Positions 48,681 to 60,544 of a stretch of 64,000 nucleotides of DNA are shown here, piece after piece. Origin of the DNA: Macrostomum hystrix (taxonomy: Eukaryota; Animalia; Platyhelminthes). Position numbers and translations under genes: made by a program. The stretch is taken from positions 2,976,001 to 3,040,000 of the forward strand of contig CATNEN010000002.1 in assembly GCA_950097015.1 (NCBI GenBank). The letters are read 5' to 3'. The notes beneath the pieces are model-generated. The model was not told the origin of the DNA. It ran no database searches and was given only the letters and a program-made list of their open reading frames with translations. How positions within the stretch are numbered: position 1 is the stretch's first letter; each line of letters begins with the position of its first letter.

Positions 48681-48940
48681 TTCTAAATTACTTTTAGAAT
48701 CTTAGGGGTTTTAAAAAGACTTCTGGATTTAAGGGTTTGAAGTGAATTTCGGCACTTTATCAATGCATTCTGGGATTTAAGCGAAGGTAAAATGGGATTT
48801 TAGGTTCCGTTAAACACAAAGTACTTTAATCTGATTTTTAGTTAGCCCAACTAATTATACTGACCTACAAAGAACACAATTTCGAGTAAAAAACACAAAA
48901 AGCTTTGAGATCCCCAAGTTGCACGCAGGCATCTCATTCG

Positions 48941-50120
48941 TCACCAGTCGCAGGGCTCGCCAAAGCGACCAACCAGTGCGTCCTGGTCTGTCAGGTCCTT
49001 CTGCAGGCGCTTCCTCATGTAGAAGATCGGACAGTCGCGGCTGGTGCAAAGGACATCCTCGTGCAGCGAGCCCTGACAGCGCTGGCACTCAGTCCACAGC
49101 CGGTTGAATTTCTCTTCTAGGACACGCAGAACTCCAACCTGCAATGACAGCCGATATGTTGCGAAAAAGAGAAAAATCGAAAAGTAAAAAAAACAAAGAT
49201 CGTACGAAATCTTGAGTCTAAACAAATACTCAAGATAAAATCAACTTTTTTTCCGATATGTAGTGAAAAAGCATCAGGATGGAAACCCTACTAAAACGCG
49301 ATGCCTAACGAAAGTTTCAGAATCAGAACTGAGATTGAACTTAAATCTCCGATATCCCGATATATCCCGATATGCGTTGAAAACTGCCATTAATAAAGTC
49401 ACCTTTTAGGGCAATTAGGCCGATATGTTTCGAAAAAAATCTAATTGTTGTTCAGATATTTTCTCGATTATAAAATGCTAGCTATAAGATAGATTAGGTT
49501 TGAAATCCTTACGATATGTTTAGAAAACTTTATAAGCGAGATCATGTTTTTAACAAAAATATAATTTTCAACAATCTGATAAAGCAGAAGTCCACCCGAT
49601 ATGTATCGAAAACCAAGCCGAACTGAGCACAAACCTCTTTTTGGTAGAGCGCAGACTCGGCTGGCTCACAGTGCTTGCACACCGCCCCGTTAGCGGCGTC
49701 GGCTGGCAGGACGGCCTTGCAGCCGAGGCAGGCGGCTCGCCTGGTGGCAAAAGCTGCTAAGCCACCGACCTTAGAGTGCACGACAGCTTTAACTCGGGTG
49801 TGCTCACCGCTGAGCAGCATGGAGCGAGCTTTGCCGTCGCCCAGAATTGGTTCGAATAGGCGCAGCAGCGGATTAGCCAGCTGATTCTCCAGGTAATAAT
49901 CCGTGTCGATGGGGATATTGTTCTCTAACACGTAGATGGGATCTTCGGCCTTCTGATAGGCCGGGGTGCCTTTGGCAGCCGACACGATCACGTAGGGCAC
50001 GCGGTCGCCCAGCTGAGGAGCTGAGCCCGGGTCGCGCTTGCGAATCTTATTGGCCAGCTCCACGTGAGCCTGCTTGCCAGCGTACTCATCGTCTGTTTTA
50101 GTCAGCTCCTTGCTGATCAC
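48941..50120 (-). CDS. POLD1: DNA polymerase delta catalytic subunit, last two coding exons
   Basis: Exons 50120-49635 and 49138-48941 (phase 0). [38 protein letters not shown], CysA (CLGC..VCKHC) and CysB ([17 protein letters not shown]). Confidence 0.97.
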
Positions 50121-50267
50121 CTGAGCTCAACATTGTGGGCGATGAGAGACATAAGCGTGACTGAGTTTCTACTGTGAGTAGGCTAACTAGCATTTTTTAA
50201 ATCTGCGAATTTTTAAGCCATGCCACATTAGACCACAGAATATACAGCCATAGACTATTTAGGGATT

Positions 50268-50484
50268 TTTCTACTAATCTACCATAGACTACTAGTCAGG
50301 GCTGGTTCTACTAATCTACCATAGACTACTAGTCAGGGCTGGTTCTACTAATCTACCATAGACTACTAGTCAGGGCTGGTTCTACTAATCTACCATAGAC
50401 TACTAGTCAGGGCTGGTTCTACTAATCTACCATAGACTACTAGTCAGGGCTGGTTCTACTAATCTACCATAGACTACTAGTCAG
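50268..50484. repeat. 37-bp minisatellite ACCATAGACTACTAGTCAGGGCTGGTTCTACTAATCT x~6 in POLD1 intron
   Basis: Directly visible; cut mid-unit by the transposon end at 50485. Confidence 0.93.
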
Positions 50485-53400
50485 CCCGTCAAAAAATTCA
50501 CCCGGAAACTTGACCCGGAAATTAGTGATCCGGGTTAGGAAACACTCACATTTGCGGGTGAAGGCCCGGATCAGAAAATTTGACCCGGATCACCCTCTTT
50601 TTTCAGGGACTATGATCCGGGGAATTACATGATTTTTATTTCCCGGAAAAAGAACTCAATTCGGGCAAAAAAGTCTCGATACGTGCCAATTTCCCGGTCC
50701 AGTTCACCCGCATCAGAGATGGTTTCCATGTGAAGCCCCGGATCATCGCCCGGATCAGGTTTCCCCGGAAATAGGTGTTAATCTGGGTGAGAAAGACAAG
50801 ATCTGGGTGCATTTCCCGGAAACTGTGACCCCGGATCAGCGGTGGTTTCCGTGTGAAGCCCGGATCTCTGCCCGGATCAGGTTGGCCCGAAAATCAGAAA
50901 TGTTCCTGGATGTATCCCTGAAGCCAAATCTGATCCGGGGTCACAGTTTCCGGGAAATGCACCCAGATCTTGTCTTTCTCACCCAGATTAACACCTATTT
51001 CCGGGCAAACCTGATCCGGGCATTGATCTGGGACTTCATAAGTGTAAATGAAACGAATTCTTTGGTCAAGATGTTCGACAGTCTTTATGCTTTAATTCTC
51101 TTACCAGTTCATGATGGCATTGCTAGTTTGGTTACTACTGCTGTAGGACTAGTCTTTGTTGTTTATTAGTAGCAAGTGTAGCAGTAAGTTAAATCGAGAA
51201 GAAATTATCTTGTGGCAGCACGACGGACAGTTAAAACATTTGGGTTTGAGACGACAGAGCGAGTAGACGAGCAGATGTGCTACAGTCCGTAGTGAAACTC
51301 TAGATGGGGTACCAAGTTGGTGAGACGAAAAGTAGACACTTTACTAAACCGCTTTTAGTTTTACGCCCCAATAGTTTAGCACAAATCCATAATGGCGTAT
51401 CCAAAAAGAGTACAGATGGCAATCAGTTTGAGCAGCTCAGGCACATAGTTGAAGTTGATTGAAAATAACGATAAAGGCTATTAACGTTTCAGTCGTCAAT
51501 TTCCAAAATGTCGCATCAATTAACGTCGCAACAATTAACGATCTGCGCGATGAGCTGCGCGTTTGCGTAATCATGCCGCGCCCGCACTCGGCGAGACGTG
51601 AGACACGCCGCACTATAGCGGAGGTCAACAGCATTTGGCACGACCTGAAAGGCTGCAGCATCGCTGATTCTGTGGCAGTCGTCGGTTGCGACAGCGTCAG
51701 CAAATTCATTGAAACGCACTGCGTTGGCGTGCTGCACATTGATGGGTCCATGTTGGCTGTAGGAGATAAAGCTGTGGGGCAGACGGCGCAGACGCAGGCG
51801 TCGGCGATGCCAGCCACCACAGCTTCTGCATCAGCAGTGATCATGCCGAATGTTGAAAAGAGGCGTGACTACATGCGCGAGTACATGAGGCGCTACAGGT
51901 CCGCTAACGCCAATGAAACCGATAAAAGCATGAGTAAAAACCGTCCGTTATCTGGCGCTGAGAGGATGCAGCGACTGCGAGATCTCGCGTTTCTCGAGAA
52001 ACGTAACAATGCCGCAGGCGGCAACGAGCAGCCTCGAGAGAGTGACACAGGCGACAACGAGCAGTCTACATGGAGTGACGCAGGCGGCAGCGAGCAGCCT
52101 CGAGAGAGTGACACAGGCGACAACGAGCAGTCTACATGGAGTGACGCAGGCGGCAGCGAGCAGCCTCGAGAGAGTGCCGCAGGCGGCTGCGATTCGCAGT
52201 CCGAAGACGATCCTTCCTGCGTTCCTGCACGTCGTCCACATGTCTACATAGGACCCGCCATCATCGACTCGCCAATTTTTGATGGACCAGCTGTCTCATT
52301 GAGAGGTGCCGTCCAGATTCTGCGGACGCTTTTCCTGCAGACAAATTTAGCCACACCAAAGCGACAGACTGTTCTCACCGCACTGCAGCGACTGATGCCC
52401 GGCTGTTCACTTCCTTCTTCGGATTACGTGTTTTCGAAACTTGCGGCCGAATTAGAGGATAAATCAGTCGTCGGTTCGACAATGTGCCATTCAGTCTGTA
52501 CTCAATGTCTACGTACCTATCCGGGTCGGAATGTCTTGTGCATTCACTGTGGGACGACAGAGTGCCTTGCCCACTTCTGGCAGTTTGACATAGCTAAGCA
52601 GATTGCCAAGCACATTGAAGCCGGGCTGCTTGAGGCCGTATTTTGGCCTGAGTTGGTGTCGTCGTTGGATGAACAGAAGAATTACTACGGCACGAGCATG
52701 TTGTACCAGCGCTTCTTGCACAGCATTGCTGTAGAACGTCGTGCTGATCTATCGTACACACTTTGTAGTGACGGCTTCTCAGTTCACACGACGAGCTGCA
52801 CTGAGGTGTGTCCGGTATACATGAGTATCACCGAGATTGTGCCACGACAGCAGTGGAAGTTTGTCATTTTGTGTGGCCTTTGGGCTGGCAAGGCAAAAGT
52901 TCATCCGGCTTCGTTCTTGCCAATCGTCATTGAACAGCTGAACACACTCCGCGAATCTGGAATGGATATTTTCAATACAGCCGGTGAAACCGTCCGACTG
53001 CGACTGCATCCTCTTCTAACAATTTTCGATGCTCCCGCACGCGCCGATGCGTTAGGGCTGAAGTGCTTTAACGCCGTATACGGCTGCGATAAGTGTTATA
53101 TACAGACTCACCAACAGCCCGGCGGATACGGGCGCTTCTTTCCCGCCGCTATCACTCCTGCTATGTTGAATGCAGCCAGGGCAAAGGGTTGCGTTGAGCC
53201 AACTCTTAGAACATTAGCGGATACGGGCCGTTTGGCTTTGCAGCAGCCAGAACTGCATACTCCGACGCGGCAGATTAAGTGCATACTCGGTGTTGTTCGA
53301 CTATCTCCTCTGACCAGACTTGTTGGTTTCGACTACTTTCAGGCAAGTCCACCTTGCTATCTGCACCAAGCATGTTCAGGTTTATGCCGCGCCTTGCTCC

Positions 53401-53555
53401 ATCAGCTATTCCTCGTCCGAAGGGAGAAACCCGACCCAAATAGCACATGCCCTGACTTGCATGCTCGGATTGCCAATGTGGACCAACAAGTAGCCAAAAT
53501 AAAGATTCCTAGAAGCGCGAATCGCGTACCACGGAAGCTGCGAGAAGTGAAGTAT

Positions 53556-55705
53556 ATGTTATTCCCCACTTGTTTTATTTATTTTGGTCGTAAGCGGCTG
53601 AGGACGCGTTTATTGGCCGAGGCGAAGCCGAGGCCAAATAAACGTGGCCGAAGACGGTTACGGCCATAGATAAGTCAAACAAGTGGGGAATGATGTATTT
53701 ATTACTCAGTTCGTGTCAAGCGAGAGGAAAGTTACGATGAAATCCGGCAACGTACTTACCAGCGACTTATCCAGCCAAAAAACCACAATGAGTATTGTAC
53801 CCTTTTGTCTATGGTTTCCGGCATTCATACTTGCGGTAACAATTTAATTGTTTGTCGGCTTTTTTCGATTGTTGCCGGATTTCATCTCCAGCATGAAATC
53901 TGGACATCTGTCTATGGCTGAATCTCAGCCATAGACAAGGGAAGTCAAAAGGGTACAATAATGACATATACCGATTTTTTTCGGCAGCAATTGCTCTACT
54001 AAGCTTCAGCCGCTACGCGGCTTCAGCTTACGCAATTGCTGCCGAAAAAAATCGGTATATATCGTTACATTCCTGACGACTTACTTGACTTGACTCTGCC
54101 GGACATGGATTTTAATCTTGACCTGTTCATGGTGGCCGAAGGCGACAAACAACGTGATGGAGTGGTTTCGAGTCGGCATGCGATGATGAACGAGTTGGAG
54201 TTGAATTTGCAACTGGAGAAAGCGATACCAGAAAATACTAAAAAGAAGGCTGATTGGATCGTCGGCGTATTCAAGAATTGGCATGAGCAGAAGACTGCTT
54301 GGTCAACGGGTGGTGGTCCATCATTAATGGTCCTGAAAGATCTCTCGGAGATGACGAAGCCAGATCTGAATTTTCTTCTGAAGTACTTCGTAATGGAAGT
54401 ACGCAATCAGGATGGAGAACGGTACACTTCCACCACTCTCAAAGACTTTGTGTCCATGATTCAATGGTACTGGCAAAATGTGTTGAAACAAAACTGGTCA
54501 ATCTGGAGGGACGACGCCTTCCGGGAAACCCGTGTCGCATTGGATGCGGCTATGAAGGTGGCTACCAGAGAAGGCAAAGGTGCTCGCTTGAACAAGGCTG
54601 AAACAATTCCAAATACGATTGAGGACAAACTATGGGCTGATGGTGTGCTGGGTGTGACGACGCCGCGCAGCCTACTAAACGCCGTCGTGTGGCTGTTAGG
54701 GAAACATTTTGCCCTGCGTGGCGGTGCGGAACTACGTGACCTAGAATTTGACAGGCAGATTCAACTGGAGTCTGTTGGATGCCACGAGTGCATCGTCTAC
54801 AGAGAAAATTGAGCGACCAAAACCAATCAAGGCGGTCTGAAGGGATTGCTCCGTGACCCGAAGGTAGTTCGTGCGTTTCATACGGATAATCATGAACGCT
54901 GCCCAGTGTGTATCTACAAAGAGTACACGACAAAGCGTCCTCCTAATAGCGAAGCCGCCTTGTTCTTGGCGGTGAATCGGTCGTGGTCGCCTGGTTCAGC
55001 CTGTTCATGGTTCATGCGATCTCCTGTCGGACGGCACACTCTCGCAGAGACAGTAAAGACATGTGTCAAACTAGTTGCACCTGAGGATACCAGCAAGTAT
55101 ACCAACCAGAGTTTGCGCAAAACGGCTGCAACAAGACTTCATGAAGCCGGTGTCGAACGTGCCGACATTTGTCGCGTCACCGGCCACAGCTCCTCGGCTC
55201 TTGAAAGGTATATCGGTCAATCCGTGACTAAGCAGAAGGAGGCCTCGGCAATCATTGCCGCAAGAGAAGTGAACCAAGTGACAAACATCAACGCTGGTGG
55301 AGATTCCATGACGCACATAGTCTGCCAGAGCCAGGCCTCTGCCGTCATTACTACCACTGGAGCTACTACTGCTACCTCTTCTAATGTTGTTGCCCACCAA
55401 GGACAACAGTCAACTGTCGCCGTCAACTCCGACAGTCCTAGTCCTAAGAAGATGCGAATCGAGATCTGTGGCGAATCGAATAAGGTCACGATTACTTTCG
55501 ATTAACAATTTTTGTTTTTGAGAACTCAATGACAAAAGTGCAGTACTTCGTTCGTTCTTCGTTTCTTACACGTTATTTCGTTCAAACAGAAACTCTAAAG
55601 TACTCGGGCCAATAAATAATTTATTGTCCCGGCCAAATAAATTTCTCTCGCATCAAATAAATGCTTTCCTTAGTCTATGACCGGGCCTAACTGGGCAATA
55701 AACAG
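53556..55705 (+). mobile_element. Crypton (tyrosine-recombinase DNA transposon, DUF3504-like)
   Basis: Removing it restores the host frame exactly (AAG TAT|TTT CGC). Imperfect terminal inverted repeats, subterminal stem 53561-53575/53677-53691 and motif GCCGAGGCGAAGCCGAGG. Confidence 0.85.
54105..55505 (+). pseudogene. Crypton tyrosine recombinase with one in-frame TGA (54810-54812)
   Basis: The two track ORFs share a frame. LKYFVMEVRNQDGERY, HFALRGGAELRDL, KTNQGGL, RCPVCIYKEY, YTNQSLRKTAATRL, VTGHSSSALERY. Confidence 0.88.
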
Positions 55706-57149
55706 TTTCGCGGCCACGAATTCGAGTTCTGGATCGTCGCCTACTTACCTATGTGCCTCGAGGACTTCCTGGCTGAGTCGCATCGCGATCATTACCTATT
55801 CTTTCAAGTCGTCTCATCTGCTCTCTTCTGGTTGACCCTAGAAGGGGGACCCAAAAGTGAGCTTCTGCATGTTCGAACAACGCTTAAGTATGTCTACGTG
55901 GCACTGGAAACTCTCTTCTCTGTTCGACATCAGTCATACAATGCTCATCATGTATGCTCACATGGTTGACTATGCCTACCTGGCCGGACCGTTGCAAAGA
56001 CAGTCCTCCGGCCTGTTTGAATCAATGCATTATAGGCTAAAAATGAGACTCAAAGGGACGCGCCTGCTGGACGTCGAACTGGTGAACATCGTGGAACGTA
56101 TGGTGGCAGCGTCGCAAGGACTGGTAGGTGGAGCTACTTACCGACCTCACCACAATGACGGAGGTGCTTTATGCGACGATTTGGATGCGCTGTTGCAAAG
56201 AGGAGTCTAGGAACTCCAGCAGGATCTTGGACGTCAGTGCTTTGCGACAGTGGTCTCTTTATTGAAGTATTCAAAGCTGACATGCGCCGCCGTCGCCGCG
56301 TATCCTGCTTCGTTGGTACGTGGAGTAGTCAGGACGGCACCTTCCATTTTCACCGTGTACGGCACATCGTTGAGTCAGCCAATCAGATTGCAGACGAGAC
56401 GCCAGTTCTAGTTGCTACTCTGCTCAGATTGCCTGTGCAGAACTTAGAAATAGAACCTCTGCACGACATGTCAGGCGTTCTCTTTGAGTCGGACATACGT
56501 GGGTGTCGCTTTTCTCATGTACGGCGGCTCCTTTGTGACCCATTTGACGATACTGATGACCGGCCAGTTAGCCTAGTGCCTGTGGACGAAATCGTCGGAT
56601 GTTGTGCCGTGTCCGAGACGCATATTGCGCTGCTGCCGCACCCTCAACTGGGTATGAGCTGATGCACACGCTTAATTGGTAACTTTCCCGATCGAATTAC
56701 GTAAATTCTTTTTTTATGGCGAACTGAATTCATTGCTGATGTATTACATTTACTCTGGGCTCGTACTGTAAGGCTGTCGTAATTTATAACAAGTTTATAA
56801 GTTTGATCTTAGCAAGTTTTTGACATGTTCGCAGTCGCCACATTGACGCCGCTTCGCCGGATGCCAGCCTGTCCGCAGTCGGCCACTGCCTGTTGCCGTG
56901 TATTGATGCATGTATTTTACTTTCTATGTCGCGCTGTATAACATGTCTTTAATACAAATTATTTCATTTCTCTATGTAATTGGTCATGACAAACCTTTCT
57001 ATCTGTACCTGTCTTCAGTAATTCTATTGATTATTTCCGTCGGGTTTTGGAAAATAGTGTAGCCTGTGTAGCCTAGTTGTTAACAAGCCGGCCTAAAGCA
57101 GCACTTTAGATTCACGCTCATTCCAGTCAACGCAAGCACGCTCGCTATA

Positions 57150-57806
57150 ATGTCCCATGAACTGACCGGTACTGTTCGTAAAATTAATGCGATTTTGCGA
57201 GACAATACTGGGCTGCGGCGTTTGCAACGCCAACGCCAGTCGAACGGTGATAAGCAATTACAAGTTTCCTGGCCACTACCCAATGACACTGGCCGGGACC
57301 CGGCGCCGTACGCAGTCATGGACGATTCCTTCAAGGATCAATTGGAGTGGGCCACACGCTACCTGAAGGTGCTGCTGGCGGAAAATGCCCGACTTCGTGG
57401 GGACATCGGTGCGGCACTGCCGCTAAACCAGACGTTTACGTCCAATCCGGCGACGCTCACTACCGAGGTATCAGAAATGAGGACCTCTGGGTATCCTAAA
57501 CGGCAGTACGTGTAGGTTGTTCGGCGCCCGTGGTGCAAAGTTGGTGATCCCGGCTTCCGCGTGCGGAAGGCAGAACCTTTAAGCCGCGCTATGCGAGCCG
57601 AAGGCTGGCTCTCTGCAGGCGACCCTTACTTTGACGAAGACTGCACATGGGCTACCCAGGGACTACAACTAACGCCAAAAAAACGAGTGGACGCGGATGA
57701 AGCATGCAATCCGTTGCTGCCGTTGGCGCCTAGCAGCCAGGTGACTGCTGATTGGCCACGCGAAAAATCACCCACTTTTCCGCCTACTAAATACCGCCGT
57801 GTGTGA
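57150..57806 (+). pseudogene. Orphan ORF inside the CACTA element, with one in-frame TAG (57513-57515)
   Basis: ORFs 57150-57515 and 57561-57806 are in one frame with open sequence between them; true ATG at 57150. Confidence 0.45.
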
Positions 57807-58383
57807 CTCGCTGTTCAGCAGCTGTTCTTGTCTTATCTAGACATACCCTGGTATATACCAGGATCCCTCAGAAAATCCCTAACCTGAACAAGAAAACAAC
57901 AACATATATACAATATATAACATATATGGTATAAATGTTATATAACATATATAAAATACCATTACAACTGCTCAAAATTGAAAGTTGTAACTTTCCCCTA
58001 GCACTGATATAGGCTTGCGATGACCCTCCATCGTATAACCAATTATTTCTCTGCATCACCTGTAACCTATATATTGTAATCATGTTCTAATCCAATTCTG
58101 TAATAATCATAATACCATGCATGACTTGACCTGTTATCGACGTGAATTACACTAAGCAAATGAATATATATTTCAAAGTGAAGCCGCACGCGTACGTCAG
58201 GATGAAGTTATTTGCACGGCCTATATTGCCTATACTTAGACCTAGAATTCTAGCCATATCGTCGGCATTCGTTTCCTATGCAATAAATGCACATATGTAT
58301 AAAATGCATGCACATATTTATTACGCACACGAGCATGCTACGTATGTACAGAGAAATGTCGATTTACACACTCTTTTTCCAGA

Positions 58384-60465
58384 CCCGACGTCCAACTGTA
58401 TGGCTGCAAAGTCCACGAAGCCAAAGAAAGGCGGTAAAAATAAGCAGGTGACAGAGGCACTGCCTCCTGACTACAAGGCCATCGACTCCAACGAGCATGC
58501 TAACCAGTTCTGGTGCATCCAATATCAGCCCAATGCAGAAGGCACCGTTCTATACGGAGCCATATCTGGTAGCGACATCGTCGCGCTCCATGTTCGCGAT
58601 TCTGATGTAAAGCGGAACTCGCAAGTTTTGGTCGTCACCGCCAAAAATAAGGCAGGTGGTGCGCGGTACACCGCCATCATTTGGAAAGGCCCATACGAAA
58701 GTAGAGCAGAAGCCAAATCGGGGGCTGCTTTGGCGCAGTTACCACCGGAGACTCCACAGGCGTTGAGGTGCCCGTCCTGCGACAACATGTTGCAACAAAT
58801 TCGGGCGCAAACGGAGACTCACGACGCACTTCGTAGGTTGCAAATTTGCCTGTTCGTTGACTATACTAGTGTATAGTAGCCCATAGAGTGAGGGGCGAGT
58901 GGGTCAGCGGCTAACGTCGCTGCCTCGCACTCCAAAGGACGCTAGTTCGATTCACCCTTCAAGTCACGATTAATTTCGGGACATGTTGGGGGGTTTGGAC
59001 AGTAGCGACCGGCGGAGGTGCACCATATTTCGTGCAATCAAAGCTTGAAATAATAGCTTCGCTCCTGCCTTCTGCATGCCTGCTTGTTTGTGTTTGTGTT
59101 TGTGCGTTGGGCCGGGTGTGAGGCGTTGTATGGGGGGTGGGGCGGGTGTGCACCAGCCATGCGTGCTCTGAGCGGCGAGGTTTCACCAGCCGTCTGCGCG
59201 CGTGGCTTGGTCCTCTCGTCCCTACCCTTCAGGCATGTAAGTCCTCCCCTGGTTTGGTCAGCTCTGTGCGTGTGCGGGCATGGGGTGAGAGGCACTCCGG
59301 CTGCCGCCCCCTTCCCCGCTTGGCTTGCGGCTGTGTATGAGGTGCCTGTGTTCAGGGTCTAGATGGCGCGATGGGCGACTCCCGCCTAGTTCGCCGGCCT
59401 GGGGGCATGCCGTTCCTGCGCTTGTGCGTCAAGTGCCCCAGGCCCCCCTGCAATTAAGTAAGTAAGCCCATAGAGTAGCTAGCGATGTACAGTTTTTAAG
59501 TGGTTTGCGATGTCAATTTCTTTATCACCATACATTCTGTTCTCATTAAAATATATCTCGTAGATAGCATTATCTTCCTTGCTTATGAACTTTGCACTGC
59601 AATCACACTTTATTCTGCAAGCATATTCTGCATTGCACTGCAAGCATACTACATTCGCCAACCTCTAAGCTCAAGGCAGTCGGAGGAGCTTCAAGACAGA
59701 GTGGAGGCTGTCCTCGTGTCTCAGGACACCACTTTGCATGAGAGCCGGAATTCCGGCCTGGAAAACAGGCAACGATCGGGTGTACCTCTTACTGACGGCA
59801 TTGCGTCTCTCAAGAATTTGCTTGTTTCTGTTGAGGACCGTCTGGCCGTAGAAAGAGCACTAAAGAGAGCTCTAGAAATGAAGGACGACCTTTCTAATTC
59901 AAATAACGCAGAGGCTAAGAAAGCAGCGGAGGCGGCCAAAAGTTGCTTAATCCGAACTGTATTGCGCGCCGTATTTACGGCAGATGAATTTTGGACGTCC
60001 ACCGCAAGCGGTCGCCGGGCATCCAACGAAACAACCGCAGTTGTTCGCGCGGCTAACAGCGCCAAACTCGGGCTCGTGCGGGTCTACTGCAACAACAGTG
60101 GCATGCCAGTCACATTACCCGAGGTTCAACACGCCTTTGGACGCTGCCGGGAAAACGCCCTTTTCCAGGACCGGCCAGCCGAAGTCCGCGAACGCAAGGT
60201 GGCTCTAGTAAAGGCTCGACGTTTCGCAATGGCTCAACAGCCGGATCAAGCGGGAAATGCCGACCGACGCGCTAGCGTAGACGCCGCCGTCGGACCTACT
60301 CGCGGAGGGAGGAGCAAGAGGATGCGCGTTGCGCAAGAAGAAATTGCCCCACCCATCCAAGGCGATGCTAGTCCCGCCTTAATCGACTCCGGCGGCAATT
60401 TCCTAGAAGAAGGCGACAATTTGCCAACTGATTTAGATGCGGCAACCGGCCCTCTGGACAATTAA
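58384..60465 (+). CDS. Probable spliced accessory gene of the CACTA element ending in a BEN-like domain
   Basis: Acceptor TTTCCAG at 58383, beta-rich N-terminal exon (FWCIQY...YTAIIWKGPY). Second exon LIRTVLRAVFTADEFWTSTASGR...KLGLVRVY...VQHAFGRCRE resembles the BEN pattern. Internal splice sites not fixed. Confidence 0.55.
58890..59464 (+). mobile_element. Full-length tRNA-derived SINE (~575 bp) with 12-bp TSD
   Basis: AGCCCATAGAGT at 58878-58889 and 59465-59476; A-box-like GTGGGTCAGCGGCTAACG, B box AGTTCGATTC; tail TAAGTAAGTA. Confidence 0.8.
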
Positions 60466-60544
60466 TAATGAATTATAAAAAAGCACAATGAACCCGTATA
60501 CGGGATTAGGAAGAATCACTCTGCTGGCCATATATATTATATAA

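Larger units (their letters stand above)
51843..56662 (+). pseudogene. CACTA/EnSpm transposase split by a Crypton (53556-55705), with two further frameshifts (~55955, ~56200)
   Basis: TLCSDGF, CPVYMSITE, ILCGLWAG, IFDAPARADALGLKCFNAVYGCDKC, then PRKLREVKY|FRGHEFEFW across the insertion, and LAGPLQRQSSGLFES. Confidence 0.88.

Noticed and set aside
51459-51842. N-terminal 128 codons of the track ORF as part of the transposase
   Set aside because: It starts at TTG; the ATG at 51843 (MPNVEKRRDYMREY) is a more typical start, and the upstream part has no motifs. Left unresolved.
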